NCBI GenBank assembly: GCA_963793865.1 | Contig: CAWCBP010000004.1 | Location: 64,703 to 128,702 of the forward strand | DNA length: 64,000 bases | Reading direction: 5' to 3' | Origin: an uncultured delta proteobacterium | GTDB lineage: Bacteria; Desulfobacterota; WTBG01 | Shown: piece by piece, positions 18,784 to 26,770 of the stretch | How the letters are laid out: each line of letters starts with the position of its first letter | Position numbering within the stretch: the first letter of the stretch is position 1 | Program-made: the position numbers and the translations under genes | The notes under the pieces: model-generated | Told to the model about the DNA's origin: nothing | Seen by the model: only the letters and a program-made list of their open reading frames with translations | Databases searched by the model: none

Positions 18784-20055
18784 ATGGAATCACACACAAG
18801 ATCGCTGGCCCGATGCAACCGTCACAAGAAATCCTATCTATTGGAGGAGGCAGACAGTCCGGATGACAAGCCCCCCAGTCATAGCAGGCTTACCGTCCCG
18901 CAGATGTTCCGCGGCGTTACTGCTTCACAGTGGAACGACTGGCGGTGGCAGTTTCGGAATCGCATCACCACCGTTGATCAGCTTAACCGCTACCTCCCGC
19001 TGACCGCGGATGAAAAGGCGGCCCTTGCGCTTACCATTGCAACCTACCCCATGGCCATAACCCCCTATTATTTTTCCCTCATTTCCGGCGATGATCCCGA
19101 CGATCCCATCAGGCTTCAGGCAGTCCCCCGCGTGGAAGAGATCGCGCTCAGCCAGTACGGGCAGGAGGACCCCCTGGCTGAAAATGAGGATGCCGTCGTC
19201 CCCGGCCTGGTGCACCGCTATCCCGACCGCTGCCTGATGGTTCTGACCAACATCTGCCCCATGCTCTGCCGGCACTGCACGCGCAAGTGGGCGTGGAAAA
19301 GCGGGGCCTGGGTGCGCACGCAGCAGGAGGTCCAGCGCATGCTGGGCTACGTTCGCTCAAACACCTCCATCAGAGATGTGATCATATCCGGGGGTGACGT
19401 GCTGAGCCTCTCCACCCGGAGGCTTGAATCGATCATCGCCCAGCTGCGCTCCATCCCGCACCTGGAGATCATCCGCATCGGCACGCGCTACCCGGTGGTG
19501 CTCCCCCAGCGCATCGATGAAGCCCTCTGCTCCATGCTGGCCGGGTACGGGCCCATCTGGGTCAACACCCATTTTAATCATCCCCGGGAACTCACGGCGG
19601 AGGCGGCAGCGGCCTGCGACCGCCTGCTGCGGAGCGGCATCCCGCTTAACAACCAGTCGGTTCTGCTGAAGGGCGTCAACGACACGGCGGAAATTCAGCG
19701 TGCGCTCTGCCAGGGGCTCCTGCGCATCAAAGTCAGGCCCTACTACCTTTTTCAGACCGATGATGTGGAGGGGACGGAGCACCTGCGCGTCCCCATCGAA
19801 ACCGGCATCGCCATCATGGACGCCCTGCGCGGCCACACCTCGGGTCTTGCCGTACCGCAGTTCGTTGTCGACCTGCCGGGCGGAGGGGGAAAGGTGCCGC
19901 TTCAGCCCGATTACCTGCTGGAGCAGCATGAAGAGGAATTCGTGTTCCGCAACTACGAGGGCCGGGTCTACCGCTGCAGAAATCCCCGAAGGCAGAAGGA
20001 GCCCGGCAGGGTCCCGTTAACCGTCATGCACAAGCCGCATACAACCCTCATGTAA
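18784..20055 (+). CDS. kamA: lysine 2,3-aminomutase family radical SAM protein (KamA/AblA-like)
   Basis: Cluster motif CPMLCRHCTRKW (CxxxCxxC of the KamA type), N-terminal WNDWRWQFRNRITTVDQL, and a PLP-region GGD motif. The longest ORF starts at 18607; the start is set at the ATG at 18784. Confidence 0.8.
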   Translation: MESHTRSLARCNRHKKSYLLEEADSPDDKPPSHSRLTVPQMFRGVTASQWNDWRWQFRNRITTVDQLNRYLPLTADEKAALALTIATYPMAITPYYFSLISGDDPDDPIRLQAVPRVEEIALSQYGQEDPLAENEDAVVPGLVHRYPDRCLMVLTNICPMLCRHCTRKWAWKSGAWVRTQQEVQRMLGYVRSNTSIRDVIISGGDVLSLSTRRLESIIAQLRSIPHLEIIRIGTRYPVVLPQRIDEALCSMLAGYGPIWVNTHFNHPRELTAEAAAACDRLLRSGIPLNNQSVLLKGVNDTAEIQRALCQGLLRIKVRPYYLFQTDDVEGTEHLRVPIETGIAIMDALRGHTSGLAVPQFVVDLPGGGGKVPLQPDYLLEQHEEEFVFRNYEGRVYRCRNPRRQKEPGRVPLTVMHKPHTTLM

Positions 20056-20081
20056 CTGCACAGCTCAAGGTGCGCATTTAA

Positions 20082-21092
20082 ATGATACTGGGCCTGGCAT
20101 ACGATCTGAAAAGCGATATCCTCCCCGGTGAGGCCGATCCCGATGACGCGCTGGAGGAGTACGATTCGGCCGAAACCGTGGACTCCATAGCCGAAGCGCT
20201 TGTCTCGCTGAAGCACACGGTGGTTCGCCTGGGGGGCGGAAAATCCTTTCTCACCTCGGTCCTCAGCCAGCGGGTGGACATGGTCTTCAACATCTCTGAA
20301 GGACGGGGCAATTACCGGAGCAGGGAGGTGCAGGTGCCGGCGGTCCTGGAGATGCTCGACATCCCCTACGTCGGCTCTGACCCGGCATGCCTTGCCGTCT
20401 GCCTGGACAAGCCCCTGGCAAAACACCTGGCGGCATCGGCCGGCATTCCGACGCCCCGATGGCGTTTAATAGCCGACCGGAAGGCACTTGACAGCAGCCC
20501 GTCCGGCTTCACCTTTCCCGCTTTTGTCAAACCCGCCTGGGAGGGATCCAGCAAAGGCATCGGCAAAACCTCCAGGGTGACCGGGTTCCCGGAGATGGAG
20601 CGTGAAGTCATCCGGCTGCTCACCCTGTACCGTCAGCCGGTCCTGGTGGAGGAATTTATTCAGGGAAGAGAGCTTACCGTGGGCATCGTCGGTACCCCGC
20701 CCCGGGTCATGGGCATTATGGAAGTGATTCCCCGCCGGGGGACTGACCCCGACTTTTTTTACTCCATAGACATCAAGCGCGACTGGCGGCGCCAGGTGCG
20801 CTACCAATGCCCCGCTGATTTGTCCGCCGGACTGGAGGAACGTATTGTCGCCCACAGCCTGAAGCTGTTTAAAATCCTGGGGTGCAGGGACATGGCCCGC
20901 ATTGATTTCCGCCTCGACCCGCAGGGACAGCCGTATTTTATTGAGGCCAATCCCCTGCCCGGGCTCAAGCCGGGCCACGGCGACTATCCCCTGATCGCCC
21001 GGCACCGGGGTATTGACTATCGTACACTCATCGGGTCCATCATTGACAGCGCCATCAGCCGGCAGCAACCATGCGCACGGATGTCTGCATAG
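20082..21092 (+). CDS. ATP-grasp ligase, D-alanine--D-alanine ligase-like
   Basis: Ddl-type N-domain followed by an ATP-grasp fold (...GRELTVGIVG..., FIEANPLPGL). 336 aa. Its end overlaps the start of the next gene. Confidence 0.7.
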   Translation: MILGLAYDLKSDILPGEADPDDALEEYDSAETVDSIAEALVSLKHTVVRLGGGKSFLTSVLSQRVDMVFNISEGRGNYRSREVQVPAVLEMLDIPYVGSDPACLAVCLDKPLAKHLAASAGIPTPRWRLIADRKALDSSPSGFTFPAFVKPAWEGSSKGIGKTSRVTGFPEMEREVIRLLTLYRQPVLVEEFIQGRELTVGIVGTPPRVMGIMEVIPRRGTDPDFFYSIDIKRDWRRQVRYQCPADLSAGLEERIVAHSLKLFKILGCRDMARIDFRLDPQGQPYFIEANPLPGLKPGHGDYPLIARHRGIDYRTLIGSIIDSAISRQQPCARMSA

Positions 21093-22114
21093 TATATAAT
21101 GAGCCCTTGCCCGGCGCGTTCGAGGCCGCGGGCGAAAGCACCGCGGTTGCCAGCGTGCTTGACGCGGTGAGCGCCGTGGCCGAGGCCCTTCGCTCAAGGG
21201 GATACTCCTATTATCTGCTTCCCATCAAACCGGGCGGGTGCAGCGACATGCTCCGGCGCCTGGCCCGGCTGAACCCCGGGATAATTTTCAACCTCTTTGA
21301 GGGCTTTGACCGGGACCCCGACAGCGAGGGAAGGGTTGCCCGCCTGCTCGAGGAAACCGGCATTGCCGTCACTGGCGCACCGTCGGGCGCCCTCACCGAC
21401 TGCATCAACAAGGTGAAGACCAAGTCACGCCTGCGCAGCCTCGGCCTGCCGACTGCCGACTGGCAGCTTTACCAACCCTGTGCCGCCATGCAGCTGCCGG
21501 CACCTGCGCTTCCCTTCCCCTGTGTTGTCAAGCCGCTGGAGACGGACGCAAGCCACGGGTTAACCGAGCGGAGCCTGGTCGGCAACCTTCATGAAATGCG
21601 TGAACAGGTTGAGCTGGTGCACGCCCGCTACGGGCAGGCGGCGCTGGTGGAGGAATTCCTCCCCGGCCGCGAGTTTAACATCCTGGTCATGGGTCCGCCC
21701 CTGCGCCTCTTCTCCGTCGCCGAGATCTGCTACAGCCTGCCCGCAGGCAAACCGCAGCTGCTCACCTACGCATCCAAGTGGGAAGAGGATGATGAATACT
21801 ATGCCGCAACCCGGGTGCAGTGCCCCGCTCAGCTGTCTGATGCCGATGCCCGTGCGATTGAAAACCTGGCCGCCCGCACCTTTGTCGAGCTGGTCGGGAG
21901 GGGTTACGCGCGGATCGACATGCGCGCAGACAGCTCGGGTGAGATTAACATACTGGAAATAAACCCCAATCCTGACATTGGCCCGGCAAGCGGCGCCAAG
22001 AGGGAAGCAGAGGCGTCCGGCATGAGCTATGACGACTTCCTCTGTAATATCATGGCACAGGCCCGGTCCGGACGGGATTCCGCCGCCCCCGGCGCCTGTG
22101 CATACCTGTCCTGA
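21071..22114 (+). CDS. ATP-grasp ligase, D-alanine--D-alanine ligase-like (second paralog)
   Basis: VCIVYNEP..., KTKSRLRSLGLPTADW, GREFNILVMG, ILEINPNPD give the same architecture as the preceding gene. Confidence 0.7.
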   Translation: MRTDVCIVYNEPLPGAFEAAGESTAVASVLDAVSAVAEALRSRGYSYYLLPIKPGGCSDMLRRLARLNPGIIFNLFEGFDRDPDSEGRVARLLEETGIAVTGAPSGALTDCINKVKTKSRLRSLGLPTADWQLYQPCAAMQLPAPALPFPCVVKPLETDASHGLTERSLVGNLHEMREQVELVHARYGQAALVEEFLPGREFNILVMGPPLRLFSVAEICYSLPAGKPQLLTYASKWEEDDEYYAATRVQCPAQLSDADARAIENLAARTFVELVGRGYARIDMRADSSGEINILEINPNPDIGPASGAKREAEASGMSYDDFLCNIMAQARSGRDSAAPGACAYLS

Positions 22115-22123
22115 TGACATCCC

Positions 22124-22666
22124 ATGCAGAAAACAACCGACCCGCCGGCACCTTCGCCGCTTCAACCCCCTCAGTCCGTACCGCCCGCATATCTCCGTGA
22201 AATGAGGGCCGACGACAAGGAGCCGCTGCTCGCCATCCTGCGCGCGACGCGGGAGTTCAAGGCCTCGGAGGTGCCGGTTGCCGAAGAGCTGCTCACCGCG
22301 TTTCTTGAGGGGCCGCTGACTTCGGGATATTATGTCTGGGTGGCGGTGGAGGAAGGCTCATCGGTCAGGAGGGGATATGTATGCTTCGGGCCGACTCCCC
22401 TCACCGAGGGGACCTGGGACATTTACTGGATCGTGGTGGACAACGCCTTCCGCGGCACCGGCATCGGCAGGGCGCTCCTGCGCCATGCCGAGCAGGAGAT
22501 TCGAAACGCGGGAGGAAGGATGATCCTGATTGAAACCTCGTCAAAGGAAGAGTACCGCGGTACGCACCGGTTTTACGAGGAAATGGGATACCGTCAGGTC
22601 GGGTTCATCGCCGATTTCTACACGCCGGGCGACGGAAAGATAACCCTGCAGAAACTGCTGCGGTAG
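22124..22666 (+). CDS. GNAT family N-acetyltransferase
   Basis: Acetyl-CoA binding motif A, IVVDNAFRGTGIGRALLRHAE. About 180 aa. It is last in the same-strand cluster. Confidence 0.75.
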   Translation: MQKTTDPPAPSPLQPPQSVPPAYLREMRADDKEPLLAILRATREFKASEVPVAEELLTAFLEGPLTSGYYVWVAVEEGSSVRRGYVCFGPTPLTEGTWDIYWIVVDNAFRGTGIGRALLRHAEQEIRNAGGRMILIETSSKEEYRGTHRFYEEMGYRQVGFIADFYTPGDGKITLQKLLR

Positions 22667-22774
22667 AACAGTGCATCATTCATTACCACATGCCGATGGT
22701 TCTTCTCATCCTCTCACGTGTCATTCTGAACCCTTTACGGATATTTTCTCCTAACCCTCCTCGGTTTTATTACC

Positions 22775-22960
22775 GATACAATTATAGTAAACAAGTTTAA
22801 AAAATTGACTTTTGAATGTCATTGCGAGCATCAGCGAAGCAATCTCATCAGATTGCCGCGTCGCTTGCGCTCCCTGGCCGGCAAGAGTTTCTAAACCGCA
22901 TCAGTTATGCGGGCAGGCCTCGCAATGACTACTTTATTTTGTCGTTTACTATACTTATGA
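22775..22960. repeat. MITE-like element with terminal inverted repeats ATTATAGTAAACAAG / GTCGTTTACTATA and internal hairpin GTCATTGCGAG...CTCGCAATGAC
   Basis: The inverted repeats were read directly from the sequence. The internal GCGAAGCAATCTCAT is shared with the element at 52.5 kb. Confidence 0.5.
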
Positions 22961-22985
22961 AGAACAAGACAAGGAGGACAAGAAA

Positions 22986-24759
22986 ATGACTGGTAAGAGG
23001 ACTTATTTCATGAAGACCGCGCTTGTTATAATAATTATGGTAAGCCTGACGGCAGCACTCTCATGTAAAAGAAAAATCTCCTGCAACCCGGATGAAGGGT
23101 CGGTGTGTCCCTCGGGAACTGTCTGCAAAGCCGTGGCAGCCAATAAGGGCCAGTGTCTTTACACCTGCGAACCCGGTGATGACAACCCCTGCGTCCTGAA
23201 AAACGAGGTGTGCCTGCGCTATGCCGACGACACCTATGCCTGCACGCCCCGATGCACTCCCGGCGTCATAAATACCTGTCCGGCCGATTGGGTATGCGTT
23301 CCGGTGATGGGTGATGAGCACGTGTGCCGGCCGGAGTGCGACCTGAGCACCAATCTCTGCGAAGACAACGAGGTCTGCCAGCCGCTGCCCGACGACACGG
23401 CCGCCTGCATGGCCCAGTGCGACCCGCAGGGGTCTGATTGCGGTGAGAACCAGGTATGCGAGCTGAGAACCGACGGTCTGTATGCCTGTTACGAGCCCGT
23501 GTACATAAGAGGGACCATTTTTGATTCCGCCTCGGAAAGCCCGGTAGAAGGCGCTCATGTCATCGCCATAGACAAAACCGGGGCGGCCGCGACCGATGTC
23601 GCGGTAACCGACGGCGAGGGAGCGTATGAACTCCAGGTCCCGGTGGTGAGAAATCCCGACGGCACCCTCGACGAAGGGACATTCACCCTGCGCGCTTCAG
23701 CGGCTGATTACCTCCCCTTCCCTCATGGCATCAGGCCGGCCATACCCGTTGATGCAGCGACGGCATCACAGGATGAAGGTGAATGGGTTCTGGAAAATGC
23801 CGCAACCGAAATCGCCCTGATAGCCCTTCCCCCGGAAAAGAGGGGACAGGGTAGCATCGCGGGAAACATCGTAACCGATGAAGACGATGTCAGCGCGGGA
23901 GGAGTGATGGTTGTGCTTGAAGGCGCAACGCAGGATCAAACAATTGGCTTCAGCGACAAAAGCGGTGCCTATACCCTCTTCAACGTACCCGAAGGCAGCT
24001 GGGAGATTCACGGGTACAAGGCATTTTTGCAGCTTACTCCGGTGGCGGTGACGCTGGCCGCGGGAGAGGACAGGACCGGGGCGGATCTCATTTCCAATGA
24101 CAAACCCTACGGGACGGTCAGTGGGTCAATTAATATAGTCAACGCGCCGGGTGGTTCAGTCACCAGCGTGGTGCTGGTTCCGGAGTCAACCTTCAACGAT
24201 ACCTTCGTGAAAGGAGAGGTGCCTCCCGGCTTGCGCGCGCCGGCGCCTCCGGAGGAACCATCAATAACAGGAGCATTTACCATCGAAGGGGTTCCCGACG
24301 GTCGATACGTGGTGCTTGCCGCCTTCGAGAATGACATTCTGGTGCGCGATCCGGATTCTCAAATTGCGGGCACAGAAATTCTCCACCTGCAGGTGCCCGA
24401 CAGGCACCAACTACAGCATCGACATAGCAGACTCTTTCAAAGTCACTGAGGCCCTGGTAATTGTTTCGCCGGGCGCCGGCGAGCCGGAACTCATAACCGG
24501 TACCCCCGATTTTGTATGGAGGGATGATTCAAGTGAAACCAGGTACGAACTGGTAGTGTATAATGCTTTTGGCGATGAGGTGTGGAGGAATGACAATGTG
24601 CCCAAGGTCACAGGATCGGAAACTGTAACGGTTACCTATGCGGGAAGCCCTTTGCAGCCGGGCATGTATTACCAGTTCAGAGTAAAAAGCTGGCGGGACA
24701 CCGGTCCCATCTCCCAGACCGAAGATCTGCTGGGTGTTTTCTACACCGCGGCAGAGTAG
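22986..24759 (+). CDS. Cys-rich secreted lipoprotein with carboxypeptidase-regulatory-like beta domains; frameshift near 24395
   Basis: Signal peptide with lipobox-like AALSC. N-terminal repeated C-x-P-x-x-x-C modules (CNPDEGSVCPSGTVCK, CEPGDDNPCVLKNEVC...). ORFs 22986..24449 and 24316..24759 are two frames of one gene. AAGGAGG lies upstream of the start. Confidence 0.6.
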
Positions 24760-24910
24760 GCGAGCCGGAAAAGGTGAAAAATACGTAGGGGCGACCGGCC
24801 GGTCGCCCCTACATGTTCAGATACGGAGGGACGCTCTCCGTCCCATCCGATTATTGTACGCGGCCATGACGGAACATGGCCCTCCACGTGACATATTCGC
24901 GCCATCTGCG

Positions 24911-25348
24911 CTATCCCAGCAGCACCACGCCGCCGACAATCAGTATCACCCCGATGCACTTTTGCAGGGTTATCTGCTCTCCCAGCAGGAGCAGCGAAAA
25001 CAGGAAGGCAAAGAGCGGGTAGGAACCCACGATGGGCACGACCCGGGAGGCCTCACAATATTTCATGGCGTTGAAATACGACCACATGCCCAGCAGCCCG
25101 GCCACAATGCCGCTCATGACAAGAAAGCCGACCGTTCGGGCATCCGCCCGGATAATCTCCGTATGCACATTGGTGAAGAGCATGATCAGGATCAGGATGA
25201 TGGTGGCAGAAACTGTTCTGATGGTGAGCCCCGCCAGGGGGCTGATGTTGATCAGCCCCAGTTTTTCAAACACGGGTGCGATCCCCCACAGGATTGCCGC
25301 CAGAAGGGCGTAGATCAAACCTGACCTGTTCATTACCGCTGCTCCCAA
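24911..25348 (-). CDS. EamA-domain small DMT-family transporter
   Basis: 145 aa with 4-5 TM helices and an EamA-type sequence. Confidence 0.6.
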   Translation of the reverse strand: MGAAVMNRSGLIYALLAAILWGIAPVFEKLGLINISPLAGLTIRTVSATIILILIMLFTNVHTEIIRADARTVGFLVMSGIVAGLLGMWSYFNAMKYCEASRVVPIVGSYPLFAFLFSLLLLGEQITLQKCIGVILIVGGVVLLG

Positions 25349-25380
25349 CAGAGAAGGCAGCTGTTTGCCGCCTGTAAATT

Positions 25381-25543
25381 ATTAGAAGGTTGTTGAAAAA
25401 GAAGTTTTCCTCAGGCTGTTCAAAAACATCGAGATGCAAGGCACGCGAAATCCTGAGGAATGAGGCGTACATACGAGTACGCTGCAATGACGAAGGATGA
25501 GTGTAACGCAGCAGATGGGTGTTTTTCAACAGCCTGTTAGTGC
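25381..25543. repeat. MITE-like element, TIR CACTAACAGGTTGTTGAAAAA (second copy at 49834-49932)
   Basis: AGGTTGTTGAAAAA ... TTTTTCAACAGCCTGTTAGTG form about 20-bp terminal inverted repeats. The right TIR abuts the yqeY stop codon. Confidence 0.6.
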
Positions 25544-25986
25544 GCCTTCTCCAGCTCTTCCCTTACAATCCTGCTCATATCACCGCCTGACGCCTTGCCC
25601 GATAACTTCTTTGACAGGATCCCCATGACCTTTCCCAGGCCTTTAAGGTCGGCAGCGCCGGTTTCGGCAATAACCGCCCGCGCCTCCGTCCGGATTTCAT
25701 CGTCGGTGAGCTGTGCGGGCATATAGGCCCTGATGATGACTGTTTCTTCCCGCTCCTTCTGCGCGGCATCTTTTCTATTCACCGCCTCAAATTGGGTGGC
25801 GGCATCCTCGCGCTTCTTGATCATGCTGAAAAAAACCTTCACCGCCGCGTCCTCGGTAATGGGATCTCCCTTTTCCTTCTCTTTATAAACCAGCTCGGCG
25901 AGCATCATCCTCAGGGTGGAAACCTTCAGTTCCTGCTTCTCCTTCATTGCCGCCGTCAGGTCCTTCCTGATTTTTTCCTTTATCAT
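25537..25986 (-). CDS. yqeY: GatB/YqeY domain-containing protein
   Basis: 149 aa; ...LRMMLAELVYKEKEKG...DDEIRTEARAVIAETGAADLKGLGKVMGIL. Confidence 0.8.
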   Translation of the reverse strand: MIKEKIRKDLTAAMKEKQELKVSTLRMMLAELVYKEKEKGDPITEDAAVKVFFSMIKKREDAATQFEAVNRKDAAQKEREETVIIRAYMPAQLTDDEIRTEARAVIAETGAADLKGLGKVMGILSKKLSGKASGGDMSRIVREELEKAH

Positions 25987-26029
25987 GGCACTCCTTTTTT
26001 AACCCCTCAGCAGTCGTTGGCGCGAGCGC

Positions 26030-26485
26030 TCATTCCACTTTCGGCGCATCAGCAGAAGCCGTCTCGGGTGCAGGGGGTGGAGGGGGTACAGGTGCGGGGG
26101 CAGCGGCCGCGGGGGCTGCCTCCTTCCCGACTTTTTTGGCTGCGGCGATTACCTCTGCCTTCTCTTTTCCGACTTTTCTGCTTTGCCGCTTCAGCACCTT
26201 GATCTTCTTTCGCAGCCGGTTCGTCTCTTTTCTGCTTTTGGACTTCCGCCCCTCCGCCTTTTCCTTCCTCAGCGTCTTGATCTTTTTCTTGAGGCCGGCC
26301 GCATCGACGTCCTTCTTCTTTCTGGGTTTCTTTTTCCTGATCTCGATAGGTTCTCCCCGGGCATCGGCGATGGCCTTGATGAGATCTTCCTTCTTCATGG
26401 CGCTGACACCTTCAATGCTGGTGTACTTTTTTGCCTCTTCCCTCAATTTGGTCACCGTCATCCTGGTCAAATCTTTCTCTTCCAT
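26030..26485 (-). CDS. Lys/Ala-rich histone-H1-like protein with Rho-N-terminal-like helix
   Basis: The N-terminus LTRMTVTKLREEAKKYTSIEGVSAMKKEDLIKAIADA is Rho_N-like. A KKK/AKK-rich tail and a poly-Pro/Ala C-terminus follow. Confidence 0.6.
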   Translation of the reverse strand: MEEKDLTRMTVTKLREEAKKYTSIEGVSAMKKEDLIKAIADARGEPIEIRKKKPRKKKDVDAAGLKKKIKTLRKEKAEGRKSKSRKETNRLRKKIKVLKRQSRKVGKEKAEVIAAAKKVGKEAAPAAAAPAPVPPPPPAPETASADAPKVE

Positions 26486-26770
26486 TCAGCCCTCCTGTGA
26501 GTGTAGTGAAATCAATTGTCTCAATCCTGGTTGAAACCATTTAAAATGACTCTTCATAAATCCGAAGCACGAAATCCTAAATCCGAAACAAATTCAAATG
26601 ATCAAAATTCAAAAAAGGCAGTCTGTGGTCCACAGCCCACAGTCGATAGCAGAGACAAAAAGAAACCCTGCTGTTGTTCTTCGTGTTCTTCGTAATTCTT
26701 TCTTCGTGGGCTTCGTGGTTGCGGTTTGGAACATTTGGTGTTTGGATTTGGGATTTCCCTGTAAGGGTTA

